A stretch of DNA of 42,202 nt, taken from the NCBI GenBank assembly GCA_026993645.1, contig JALWSQ010000229.1:1-42202 (forward strand). The letters run 5' to 3'. The position numbers were made by a program, and so were the translations under genes. The DNA is from Thiohalobacter sp. Its GTDB lineage: Bacteria > Pseudomonadota > Gammaproteobacteria > Thiohalobacterales > Thiohalobacteraceae. The notes beneath the pieces are model-generated. The model had not been told where the DNA came from. It did no database searches and worked only from the letters and a program-made list of their open reading frames with translations. Below, piece after piece: positions 9,142 through 16,787 of the stretch; the stretch's first letter is position 1, and each line of letters begins with the position of its first letter.

Positions 9142-9172
9142 GGCCCACCCCCTGCCGGGGTGGGCCGTTTTT
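9142..9172 (+). terminator. Rho-independent terminator after the HU gene
   Basis: Perfect 10-bp stem GGCCCACCCC/GGGGTGGGCC with a 5-nt loop, followed by G and TTTTT. It sits between the convergent HU and TerB-like genes. Confidence 0.65.
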
Positions 9173-9186
9173 CGTCGGGCAGGGTA

Positions 9187-9666
9187 TCAGATGCCGGTCG
9201 TGGAGCCGTCCCCGCCCAGCACCCGGTGCTTGATGCGGATGAGATCGGCGTGGGACAGGTGCAGCAGATCGGCCAGCTTGCGCACCAGGTATTCCTCGTA
9301 CTTGTCCAGCTGCCCGTCGCTGAAGGCGACCTCCCACAGGTAGCCCAGCAGCCGCAGTTTCTGTTCCCGGTCCAGCCGCCGGTCCAGCAGATGGGTGAAC
9401 TCGAACAGGGACACCGCCTGTTCCCGCGCCGTCTCGCCCAACGCCTGGATCGCCTTGGCCTCGGTGGCATCCAGGCCGAATTCCCGGCGCAACAGCTGGG
9501 CGACCCGCTGCCGCTCCTCCGCCGTCGCCGTCGCATCGGCATGGACCATCTCGGCCAGCAAGGCCGCGGCGGCCACCTTCAACGCGTGCCCCTCGTCCCC
9601 ACCCGCCGCAGATGCCTCCGTCCCCGGCAGCAGGCCCTCGAACAACCTGCGCATGGATTGCAACAT
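9187..9666 (-). CDS. TerB-family (tellurite-resistance TerB / DjlA N-domain-like) protein
   Basis: MLQSMRRLFEG...AAAALLAEMVHADATATAEERQ...LLGYLWEVAFSDGQLDKYEEYLVRKLADLLHLS shows the two-repeat TerB pattern. I chose ATG 9666 (GGGGAG upstream); ATG 9681 is an alternative. Confidence 0.75.
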   Translation of the reverse strand: MLQSMRRLFEGLLPGTEASAAGGDEGHALKVAAAALLAEMVHADATATAEERQRVAQLLRREFGLDATEAKAIQALGETAREQAVSLFEFTHLLDRRLDREQKLRLLGYLWEVAFSDGQLDKYEEYLVRKLADLLHLSHADLIRIKHRVLGGDGSTTGI

Positions 9667-9746
9667 CACCTTACTCCCCATTTCAACTGGAAAACGCTGC
9701 GGTCGGCTGAACCGGGCCCGCCACAACAATGCCAGTAGCAGACATC

Positions 9747-10418
9747 CTAGCGCCTCGTCACCCGGAAGGCATGGCCCTCGAAGGAGAAGACCGCGCCGGT
9801 GGGCGTGATGTGCAGCAGGCGCAATCCGGACGGCAGGCGATCCCCCTCGCGGTACTTGCGCAGGGCGACCAGGATGAAACGCCGTTCCGGCCGTGGGGCA
9901 TAGACATGGACGTCCATGGCGGGGGGGGCGATGCGAGCGCGCAGAGAGGCCGGCAATTCCCTGTACAGCGGCACGGCGACCGGAGCAGGGGCATTCGCGG
10001 AGGGTGACGGCAGCGCTGGCCGCCGCCGGGCCGGCACGGGGGCCGGAACCGCTGCCGGCCGGGCCCGGCTGGCCACCCGCTTCCCGGACGAGGATGGCAC
10101 CGCCGCATCCGCCGGCGCGGGGCGCCTCACGGCAGGCGGCCGGTGCGAAGCCGGGCGCACCAGCGGTGGCGGATGCCCGGGGACAGCGGGCACGGCCGGC
10201 ACCGCCGCGGTCACCGGGACATGCCGGGCCTCCGGCGCCCGGGGGCGCAGGAACAGCACCGCCAACAGGACCAGGTTGGCGACCACCGCCGCCCCGAACC
10301 ACCAGCGCCAGCGCGTCCCCCGGGAGACAGGTTCCGGTGGCGCAGTGGTGGGATCCGGCACCTGGCCCTGGCGCCGTTCCCGCTCGGATTTCTTCAATGC
10401 CTCGAGAATGTAGGACAT
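9747..10418 (-). CDS. gspB: Type II secretion protein B-like (GspB/ExeB)
   Basis: MSYILEALKKSERER N-terminus, one TM (WWFGAAVVANLVLLAVLFL), a Pro/Ala-rich linker and a C-terminal GspB-type domain (LPASLRARIAPPAMDVHVY...). Its start overlaps the exeA stop by 1 nt. Confidence 0.75.
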   Translation of the reverse strand: MSYILEALKKSERERRQGQVPDPTTAPPEPVSRGTRWRWWFGAAVVANLVLLAVLFLRPRAPEARHVPVTAAVPAVPAVPGHPPPLVRPASHRPPAVRRPAPADAAVPSSSGKRVASRARPAAVPAPVPARRRPALPSPSANAPAPVAVPLYRELPASLRARIAPPAMDVHVYAPRPERRFILVALRKYREGDRLPSGLRLLHITPTGAVFSFEGHAFRVTRR

Positions 10419-12229
10419 CAGGCCCCCTGGTGTCGCCGGGCGGCACGGTCGAGCAGTCTCGGACCCTTCTCCCCGACCACCCGCAGGTTGAGACGAATCA
10501 GGGTCTCCGGTCCCGCGACCCCGTCCACGCGCAATCCCTGGGCGGCCTGGAACCGGCGCACCGCCGCCTCCAGCGGCGGGTCGAAGCGATCCCCCGTCGC
10601 GGCCAGCGGCAGCCCGCTGGCTGCCAGGTGCTGGCGTAACCAGCCCACGGCCGGTCCCTGGTCACCCAGGCGCAGCCGGCTGACCTGGACCGGCGGCCGC
10701 CACAGCAGGATGAACTCACCGTCCCAGGCCGCCGTCAGCTGGTCCAGCGGCAGGCTGACCGCCTTGCCCGCCACCTGCATCCGGACCCGGCCGTCATCCA
10801 GGCCGCGCAGCAGGCAGGGGATGCGCTGGCCATCGGCCCGCTCCAGCCAGACGATGGCCGGCCGGTCCAGGCGCCGCAACTGGGCCAGGGTGCCGCGATA
10901 ATGGTAACAACGCAGGCCCGCGGCGGCCGCCTGGCGGCAGGGGTCCAGCGGATCGTTGAGCAACAGGGGTACCTGCCACAGGCGGAACAGGGCCTGCCAG
11001 GCCAGGAGGCTGCCGCCCTCGGCATCGGTACCCGCCAGCAACCGGGCCAAGCGCGGGGTCGGCGGCGGCGCCACCGGCGCGGCAGGCGCGGCCCGCGCGG
11101 ACAAGGACGCGGCACCAGCGGCAGGCACCGGAACCGTCGGGGAAACCGCTCGGGGTGGCCGCGCACCGCCCGTCTCCTGTGCCGGCGAAACGGCGGTCGC
11201 GGTCTTCCCCGTCGGCGCAGGGGGCACCGCCAGGGTCCGGGGTTCCTGTCCCCGGCCAGCGGCCACCTCAGGGGCCCGGGTCCGGGACGTTTGTGCCGCC
11301 GGCGGCGGGTGCCAGGCCGACTGACGCAGGAGCAGCAGGCTCAGGGCCAGGATCGCCAGGGCCATGCCCAGTCCCCACACCGGCCGCGCACGGCGGCTGC
11401 CCGCCGTGGTCCCGGCGTGGGGCAACACCTCCGCCGCCGCACGCCGGACGATGGTGGGATTCACCCGCGGGCGGTTGGCCGAATAGGCACCCAGCAGGGC
11501 ACGATCACAGAGGATGTTGACCAGGCGCGGGATGCCACCGGTGAGGCGATAGACCTGATTCAGGGCGGCGCGGGTGAACAGGCCCTGCCGCGGGTCCGCC
11601 CCGGCCACCGCCAGCCGGTGCTCGACATAGGCCCGGGTCTCCGCCGCCGACAGGGCACCCAGGTGATAGCGGGCCGTGATGCGCTGTGCCAGCTGGCGCA
11701 GATCCCGCCGGCCGAGCAGGTCGCGCAGCTCGGGCTGCCCCACCAGGATGATCTGCAGCAGCTTGTGTTCCGCCGTCTCCAGGTTGGTCAGCAGGCGTAC
11801 CTGTTCCAGCACGTCGGCCCCGAGGTTCTGGGCCTCGTCGATGATGACCACGGTGCGCCGGCCGCGGGCATGGTTCTCCAGCAGGTGGCGGTTGAGGCAA
11901 TCGGTCAGGGTCTTGATGCTGGCGACGTCGCGGGGATAGTCGACACCCAGCTCGTCGCACAGGGTGGCCACCAGTTCCAGGCTGCTGAGGCGGGGATTGA
12001 GGATGAGGGCGACATCCACGTCCTCCGGCAGCTGTTCCAGCAGGGCCCGGCACACCGTGGTCTTGCCGGTCCCTACCTCACCCGTCAGCTGGACGAAGCC
12101 ACCACTGACCCGTACCCCGTACAACAGGTGTGCCAGCGCCTCCCGGTGCCGCTCGCTCAGGAAGAGATAGCGCGGGTCCGGGGTGATGGCGAAGGGGCGG
12201 CCATGCAGATGAAAGTATTCCTGGTACAA
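10418..12229 (-). CDS. exeA: ExeA/GspA-type AAA ATPase with C-terminal peptidoglycan-binding domain
   Basis: MYQEYFHLHGRPFAITPDPRYLF, Walker A GEVGTGKTT, Walker B VVIIDEAQ, one TM segment, and a C-terminal PG_binding_1-like LGDQGPAVGWLRQHL...FQAAQGLRVDGVAGPETL. Confidence 0.9.
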   Translation of the reverse strand: MYQEYFHLHGRPFAITPDPRYLFLSERHREALAHLLYGVRVSGGFVQLTGEVGTGKTTVCRALLEQLPEDVDVALILNPRLSSLELVATLCDELGVDYPRDVASIKTLTDCLNRHLLENHARGRRTVVIIDEAQNLGADVLEQVRLLTNLETAEHKLLQIILVGQPELRDLLGRRDLRQLAQRITARYHLGALSAAETRAYVEHRLAVAGADPRQGLFTRAALNQVYRLTGGIPRLVNILCDRALLGAYSANRPRVNPTIVRRAAAEVLPHAGTTAGSRRARPVWGLGMALAILALSLLLLRQSAWHPPPAAQTSRTRAPEVAAGRGQEPRTLAVPPAPTGKTATAVSPAQETGGARPPRAVSPTVPVPAAGAASLSARAAPAAPVAPPPTPRLARLLAGTDAEGGSLLAWQALFRLWQVPLLLNDPLDPCRQAAAAGLRCYHYRGTLAQLRRLDRPAIVWLERADGQRIPCLLRGLDDGRVRMQVAGKAVSLPLDQLTAAWDGEFILLWRPPVQVSRLRLGDQGPAVGWLRQHLAASGLPLAATGDRFDPPLEAAVRRFQAAQGLRVDGVAGPETLIRLNLRVVGEKGPRLLDRAARRHQGA

Positions 12230-12361
12230 GAATCCACCTCGGCAAGGGACCGGACAGGCAGGCTGCCGCGGCCGGGATCCCCTGCTAGCAGGGCCCCTCG
12301 GCGCCCATTTGTCAAGACTGCACAGTCGATCAGTATCGTCTTATACTCTAATCGAGTAGCT

Positions 12362-12406
12362 GGCCCGGGTATGTCGAAATATCTTACAACTTTACATTCC
12401 CGGGCC
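12362..12406. repeat. Inverted repeat in the AT-richer exeA upstream region
   Basis: GGCCCGGGTATG (12362-12373) and CATTCCCGGGCC (12395-12406) are complementary at 11 of 12 positions, separated by a 21-nt AT-rich spacer. Confidence 0.5.
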
Positions 12407-12594
12407 CGCGCCTCGGCCGGCTGCTGAATGCAACCCACTGTTTTGCCGGCATGCCACCCCGCGGCACAGGCCTTGCTAGTGTATAGAACAAGGACTGCCG
12501 CGAAAACAGGCACAGCATGGAAGAAGGCTGGCCGCCAACCCGTCTTCCTGGTTGCGGCCGACAACAACAGGCTTGCGTCGAGAGGTAATGTCCA

Positions 12595-12768
12595 ATGAAT
12601 ACGTCGGTAAGAAAGGAGATCAAGGGGCAGCGGGTCACTGCCCGGCCGGTGTTCAAGGGTGGCGTCCGTCCGGCCTACTGGCTGGGCGCGGTCAACGACC
12701 ACACCCTGCCGCGTGTCTTCCCCAGCGCCCTGGACGTGTTCCGGTTCGTGGAACAGCAGCAGCATTGA
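12595..12768 (+). CDS. Hypothetical small protein (57 aa), below the ORF-track cutoff
   Basis: ATG 12595 has GAGAGG 9 nt upstream. Translation is MNTSVRKEIKGQRVTARPVFKGGVRPAYWLGAVNDHTLPRVFPSALDVFRFVEQQQH. By hand count 47 of 56 codons end in G/C, like genuine genes here. I recognise no family. Confidence 0.4.
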   Translation: MNTSVRKEIKGQRVTARPVFKGGVRPAYWLGAVNDHTLPRVFPSALDVFRFVEQQQH

Positions 12769-12792
12769 GCGGGATACGGCGCGGAGTCATGG

Positions 12793-12812
12793 ATTCCCGC
12801 CTGCGCGGGAAT
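12793..12812. repeat. REP-like palindrome ATTCCCGC-CTGC-GCGGGAAT
   Basis: Perfect 8-bp arms with a 4-nt loop. This ATTCCC...GGGAAT palindrome type resembles intergenic REP/dRS3-like repeats in other proteobacteria (from memory). Only one copy is in this window. Confidence 0.5.
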
Positions 12813-12823
12813 GGCGGGGGTTT

Positions 12824-12855
12824 CCTCACCCTTCACCCCTTGCCCCTCACTCACC
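12824..12855. repeat. Degenerate heptamer tract (CCTCACC CTTCACC CCTTGCC CCTCACT CACC)
   Basis: Period-7 C-rich repeat, related to the CCCCTCA heptamers at 39014-39035. Confidence 0.45.
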
Positions 12856-12887
12856 GATGCGCACGGCCCTTCAGGCCTTTGCGCATC
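12856..12887 (-). terminator. Nested hairpin downstream of the alpha/beta-hydrolase gene (no U-tract)
   Basis: GATGCGCA (12856-12863) pairs with TGCGCATC (12880-12887). An inner GGCC-CTTCA-GGCC hairpin lies within. The structure is 28 nt past the hydrolase stop on the minus strand, and no T-run follows it. Confidence 0.3.
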
Positions 12888-12914
12888 CTACAGCCGCTCA
12901 CACCTTGCCTAGGG

Positions 12915-13541
12915 TCAGTCGATGTGTTCCAGCAGCAACTGCCGCAGCAGGTTGAGCCGGCCATGGAAGAAATGACCGACGCCGTCCGGCGTGACCAGCC
13001 GGGGCGGCGGCCGCTGACGCCCGGCCCAGTCCAGCACCGCTTGCGGTGAGACCACCTCGTCGTCCCACCCCTGGATCAGCAGCCAGGGGCAGTCCGGCCC
13101 CCGCGGCGTGGCCCGCTCCGACCCGGCCAGCAGGCGAACCGCCGGTGCCACGGTGATCAGGCGGGCCGGTGCCTCCTGCCGCGCCGCGCGCCAGGCGATG
13201 GCACCGCCGAAGGAGAACCCGGCCAGCCACAGCGGCAGCCCGCTCAACCCCGGCTGCGCACCCGCCCAGCGGCGCACGGCGGCCAGATCCTCGGTTTCCC
13301 CCCGACCCTCGTCGTAAACGCCTTCACTCGCCCCCACGCCGCGGAAATTGAAGCGGATACTCGCCAGCCCCCGTTCACGGCAGGTCCGGGCCAGGTAGTC
13401 CACCACCTTGTTGCGCAGGCTGCCACCGTACAACGGATGGGGATGGCACAGGACCACCACCGCCCTGGGCGCCGTCCCCGCGGGTGGCTCCAGCAACAGT
13501 TCCAGCGCCCCCGCCGACCCTGCGACGAACCGCCGTCCCAC
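12915..13541 (-). CDS. Alpha/beta-fold hydrolase (COG2945-like)
   Basis: 208 aa with VVLCHPHPLYGG..RNKVV, a nucleophile-elbow-like GFSFGG and a C-terminal HFF. GTG start lies 3 nt after the nrdJb stop. Confidence 0.8.
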   Translation of the reverse strand: MGRRFVAGSAGALELLLEPPAGTAPRAVVVLCHPHPLYGGSLRNKVVDYLARTCRERGLASIRFNFRGVGASEGVYDEGRGETEDLAAVRRWAGAQPGLSGLPLWLAGFSFGGAIAWRAARQEAPARLITVAPAVRLLAGSERATPRGPDCPWLLIQGWDDEVVSPQAVLDWAGRQRPPPRLVTPDGVGHFFHGRLNLLRQLLLEHID

Positions 13542-13544
13542 CGG

Positions 13545-14234
13545 CTAGCCGCACTTGGAATCGCCGCAGTTGAGGCAGGTCATGCAACCATCCATCTGCA
13601 CCACGGCGCGGGTCTGGCACTTGGCGCAGAGCTGGGCCCCGGCCGGAAAATCCCCCTCGGTCCCGGTGGCCGCGTCGCCCTGCACCGCCTCGTACTGGGC
13701 CCGCTTCTCCTCCACCAGCCTGCGCTGATGCTCGTCCAGACCCTCGTCCTGCAGCATGCCGATCATGCGCAGGTGGTACTCGATGGCATCACCGATCTCG
13801 GCCACCAGCGACGGCATGTAGCGGCCGCCCTTCTTGAAATACCCCCCCTTGGGGTCGAACACCGAGCGCAGCTCCTCCACCAGGAAGGTGACGTCACCGC
13901 CCTTGCGGAACACCGCCGAAATGATCCGGGTCAGGGCCACGATCCACTGGAAGTGGTCCATGTTCTTGGAGTTGATGAAGATCTCGAACGGCCGGCGCAG
14001 CTCGTGCTCGGTGCCGGGATTGAGCACGATGTCGTTGATGGTCACATAGAGCGCATGCTCGGACAGCGGGGTCTTGATCTTGTAGGTGGAGCCCAGCAGT
14101 ATCTCCGGCCGCTCCAGCTTCTCGTGCAGCTGGACCACCTTCTCCTCCGCCGGCGCGGTCGCTGCCGGCATCTCCTCGGCCTCGTCCCGGGCCACGCTGT
14201 AGCCGACTATCTTCCTGTCGATCCTGATCGCCAT
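13545..14234 (-). CDS. nrdJb: Class II (adenosylcobalamin-dependent) ribonucleotide reductase, small C-terminal polypeptide
   Basis: 229 aa: GSTYKIKTPLSEHALYVTIND...PFEIFINSKNMDHFQWIVALTRIISAVFRKGG, with a C-terminal Cys cluster CAKCQ...CMTCLNCGDSKCG. GGAG lies upstream of ATG 14234, and the start is 21 nt after the nrdJa stop. Confidence 0.85.
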   Translation of the reverse strand: MAIRIDRKIVGYSVARDEAEEMPAATAPAEEKVVQLHEKLERPEILLGSTYKIKTPLSEHALYVTINDIVLNPGTEHELRRPFEIFINSKNMDHFQWIVALTRIISAVFRKGGDVTFLVEELRSVFDPKGGYFKKGGRYMPSLVAEIGDAIEYHLRMIGMLQDEGLDEHQRRLVEEKRAQYEAVQGDAATGTEGDFPAGAQLCAKCQTRAVVQMDGCMTCLNCGDSKCG

Positions 14235-14255
14235 CTCGATGTCTCCGTATTCGCG

Positions 14256-16409
14256 TCAGAACTTGCCGTAATAGCCTTCCTTCAGGGCATCGTAGAGATT
14301 GGCCGCGGTGTGCGTCTCACCGTCGTATTCCACCTCCTCGTTGCCCTTGACCTCCAGCCGGGAACCATCCTCCAGCTCGAACACATAGGTGGTGTTCTCC
14401 AGGTCCCGTTCCTTGACCAGCACCCCCTGGAAGGCCTCGGGATTGAAGCGGAAGGTGGTGCAACCCTTGAGCCCCTGCTCGTAGGCATAGAGATAGATGT
14501 CCTTGAATGCCTCGTATGGATAGTCCGTGGGCACGTTGGCCGTCTTGGAAATGCTGGAGTCGATCCACTTCTGGGCCGCCGCCTGGATGTCCACGTGCGC
14601 CTTGGGCGTGATGTCGTCCGAGGCGACGAAATAGTCCGGCAACCGGCTGCGTTCGTCCTCCGCCCCCGGCATGGCGTCCGGGTTCACCCGCTCGCGGTAG
14701 GCCAGCAGTTCGTAGGAATAGACATCCACCTTCTCCTTGGTCTTGCGCCCCTCCCGGATCACGTTGCGGAAGTAATGGTGTGCGAACGAGGGCTCGATGC
14801 CGTTGCTGGCGTTGTTGGCCAGCGACAGGGAGATGGTACCGGTGGGCGCGATGGACGAGTGGTGGGTGAACCGGGCGCCCTCCTCGGCCAGCGCCGCCAC
14901 CAGCTCCGGTTCCACCTGGGCCAGCTGTTGCATGTACCTGCTGTAGCGGGCATGGAGCACCTTGCCCGGTACCCGGTCCCCCGGCTTCCAGCCATCGGCC
15001 CGCATCTCGGGCCGCCGGGCCAGCATCTCCTCGGTGACCACGAAGGTCTCCTCCATGATGGGGGCCGGCCCCTTCTCCCGCGCCAGTTCCAGTGCCGTGC
15101 GCCAGCCCTGGACCGCCAGCTCCCGCGCCACCCGCTCGGTGAACGCCAGGGACTCCGGCGAACCATAGCGTTGCCGCAACAACGTCAGCGCCGACCCCAG
15201 GCCCAGGAACCCCATGCCGTGCCGCCGCTTGCGCAGGATCTCGTCGCGCTGGCCATCCAGTGGCAGGCCGTTGATCTCCACCACGTTGTCCAGCATGCGG
15301 GTGAAGATGGCCACCACCTCGCGGAACCGCGCCCAGTCGAACCGCGCCCGGGCGGTGAAGGGTTCGAGCACGAAGCGGGTGAGGTTCACCGAGCCGAGCA
15401 GGCAGGAACCATAGGGCGGCAGCGGCTGTTCCCCACAGGGGTTGGTGGCGCGGATGTTCTCGCACCACCAGTTGTTGTTCATCTCGTTGACCTTGTCGAT
15501 GAGGATGAACCCGGGCTCGGCGAAATCATAGGTGGAGGCCATGATGACATCCCACAGGCGCCGGGCCCGGATGGTGCGATAGATGCGGCAGGCCACCTCG
15601 CCGCGGTCGTTGGTGATGTAGCCCTCGCGGGTGGGCCAGCGCCGCCACACCACCTGGTCCGGATCGTCCAGCGCCAGCCCCTCCATCTCCAGCTCGGTCC
15701 GGGTCAGGGGGAAGGCCAGCTGCCAGCGTTCGTCCGCCTTCACCGCCTGGATGAACTCCTCCGTGATCAGCAGCGACAGGTTGAACTGGCGCAGCCGGCC
15801 GTCCTCGCGCTTGGCGCGGATGAAGTCCATCACGTCCGGGTGACCGATGTCGAAGGTCGCCATCTGCGCCCCGCGGCGGCCACCGGCCGAGGAGACGGTG
15901 AAACACATCTTGTCGTAGATGTCCATGAAGGACAGGGGTCCCGAGGTATAGGCCCCGGCCCCGGCGACATAGGCCCCGCGCGGGCGCAGGGTGGAGAACT
16001 CGTAGCCGATACCGCAGCCGGCCTTCAGCGTCAGTCCCGCCTCGTGGACCTTCTCCAGGATGTCATCCATGGAATCCCGGATGGTGCCGGAAACGGTGCA
16101 GTTGATGGTCGAGGTGGCCGGCTTGTGTTCCCAGGCCCCGGCATTGGAGATGATGCGCCCGGCCGGGATGGCCCCCTGGCGCAGGGCCCAAAGGAACCGC
16201 TCGTACCAGTGGGCCCGCTTCTCCTCCGTCTCCTCCACCTCGGCCAGGGCCCGCGCGACCCGGCGGTAGGTCGCATCGATATCGGCATCCACCGCCTCGC
16301 CGGTCTTGGATTTGAGGCGGTACTTCGTGTCCCAGATGTCGGCCGAGGCCGGCTGCAGGGGGATGTCCGCCGGGGTATCGCTCACTGCCTCCAAGTGGAT
16401 GCTGTTCAT
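14256..16409 (-). CDS. nrdJa: Class II (adenosylcobalamin-dependent) ribonucleotide reductase, large polypeptide
   Basis: RNR catalytic-core motifs INCTVSG, GGRRGAQMATFDIGHPDV, ATNPCGEQPLPPYGSCLLGS and SSIAPTGTISL. I chose ATG 16409 (MNSIHLEAV) because AGGAGG lies 5 nt upstream. Confidence 0.92.
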   Translation of the reverse strand: MNSIHLEAVSDTPADIPLQPASADIWDTKYRLKSKTGEAVDADIDATYRRVARALAEVEETEEKRAHWYERFLWALRQGAIPAGRIISNAGAWEHKPATSTINCTVSGTIRDSMDDILEKVHEAGLTLKAGCGIGYEFSTLRPRGAYVAGAGAYTSGPLSFMDIYDKMCFTVSSAGGRRGAQMATFDIGHPDVMDFIRAKREDGRLRQFNLSLLITEEFIQAVKADERWQLAFPLTRTELEMEGLALDDPDQVVWRRWPTREGYITNDRGEVACRIYRTIRARRLWDVIMASTYDFAEPGFILIDKVNEMNNNWWCENIRATNPCGEQPLPPYGSCLLGSVNLTRFVLEPFTARARFDWARFREVVAIFTRMLDNVVEINGLPLDGQRDEILRKRRHGMGFLGLGSALTLLRQRYGSPESLAFTERVARELAVQGWRTALELAREKGPAPIMEETFVVTEEMLARRPEMRADGWKPGDRVPGKVLHARYSRYMQQLAQVEPELVAALAEEGARFTHHSSIAPTGTISLSLANNASNGIEPSFAHHYFRNVIREGRKTKEKVDVYSYELLAYRERVNPDAMPGAEDERSRLPDYFVASDDITPKAHVDIQAAAQKWIDSSISKTANVPTDYPYEAFKDIYLYAYEQGLKGCTTFRFNPEAFQGVLVKERDLENTTYVFELEDGSRLEVKGNEEVEYDGETHTAANLYDALKEGYYGKF

Positions 16410-16530
16410 CACGCCTCCTGTTCCCTGTGATCCCTGGCAGGTCACCGGGCACTCCCGGCCATGCCTGCCACTTTGCGCGTCACCCGCCCCTTCCCCTGTC
16501 GCCGGGGATCGGGGTCTGACCTGGATGAAG

Positions 16531-16546
16531 ACACAAGATATTGTGC
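16531..16546. promoter_or_regulatory. NrdR box (second, imperfect)
   Basis: ACACAAGATATTGTGC compared with the published NrdR consensus acaCwAtATaTwGtgt. It lies just downstream of the candidate nrdJ -10 element. Confidence 0.55.
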
Positions 16547-16556
16547 CTGGACCTCA

Positions 16557-16585
16557 AGGCTAGTCTGCCCGCCAGAGACTGTCAA
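16557..16585 (-). promoter_or_regulatory. Candidate sigma70 promoter for nrdJab
   Basis: The minus strand reads TTGACA (16585-16580), a 17-nt spacer, then TAGCCT (16562-16557). An AT-rich phased tract lies immediately upstream. Confidence 0.35.
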
Positions 16586-16598
16586 GGTTTTTTAAGTT

Positions 16599-16624
16599 AT
16601 TGTTTTATATTGTTTTTAATTGTT
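16599..16624. repeat. Three ATTGTT direct repeats with exact 10-bp phasing
   Basis: ATTGTT occurs at 16599, 16609 and 16619 within ttATTGTTTTatATTGTTTTtaATTGTTcc. The unit resembles an NrdR half-site (ATTGTGT) and occupies the UP-element position of the candidate nrdJ promoter. Confidence 0.5.
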
Positions 16625-16660
16625 CCTCTTGAAAATCATCGGCTTCCGCCCTGGATCAAA

Positions 16661-16682
16661 GAAACACAATATATTGTGTTTC
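16661..16682. promoter_or_regulatory. NrdR box (perfect 22-bp palindrome)
   Basis: GAAACACAATATATTGTGTTTC. Its core ACACAATATATTGTGT matches the NrdR consensus at every specified position. It lies in the nrdJ/hsp20 divergent region. Confidence 0.75.
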
Positions 16683-16704
16683 TGATATTGCTCCACGCCA
16701 CCGG

Positions 16705-16736
16705 CCCTTGATCCGGTGATCCTCTGTGCCCATATA
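16705..16736 (+). promoter_or_regulatory. Sigma32 (RpoH)-type heat-shock promoter for hsp20-cbpA-cbpM
   Basis: CCCTTGATC (-35, TTGATC at 16708-16713), a 14-nt spacer, then GCCCATATA (16728-16736). The consensus is CTTGAAA-N13-15-CCCCATnT. It sits about 50 nt upstream of the hsp20 ATG. Confidence 0.55.
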
Positions 16737-16787
16737 TCTGCCCATCGACAAACACTTCGTTGAACAGAACAGGCAGGAGAGAGACCG

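Noticed and set aside
12428-12598. 56-codon ORF whose TGA overlaps the ATG of the 57-aa ORF (ATGA), suggesting a coupled two-gene (toxin-antitoxin-like) pair
   Set aside because: Third-position G/C is only about 60 percent by hand count, versus about 85 percent in real genes here. There is no SD and no recognisable fold pattern. It is more likely a 5' UTR.
13437-16430. 997-aa plus-strand ORF antisense to nrdJab. The same type occurs at 24138-27077 (-), 29197-31986 (+), 32003-33145 (+), 36169-37566 (-), 37386-38876 (-) and 19234-21879 (+).
   Set aside because: All lie opposite genes with unmistakable conserved motifs and translate to Gly/Arg/His/Asp/Val-rich strings. These are typical high-GC antisense open frames, not genes.
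16410-16530. Possible cobalamin riboswitch in the nrdJ leader, since the enzyme is B12-dependent
   Set aside because: I find no B12-box-like sequence. The leader only shows a generic GGCAGG...CCTGCC hairpin. Regulation is better explained by the NrdR boxes.
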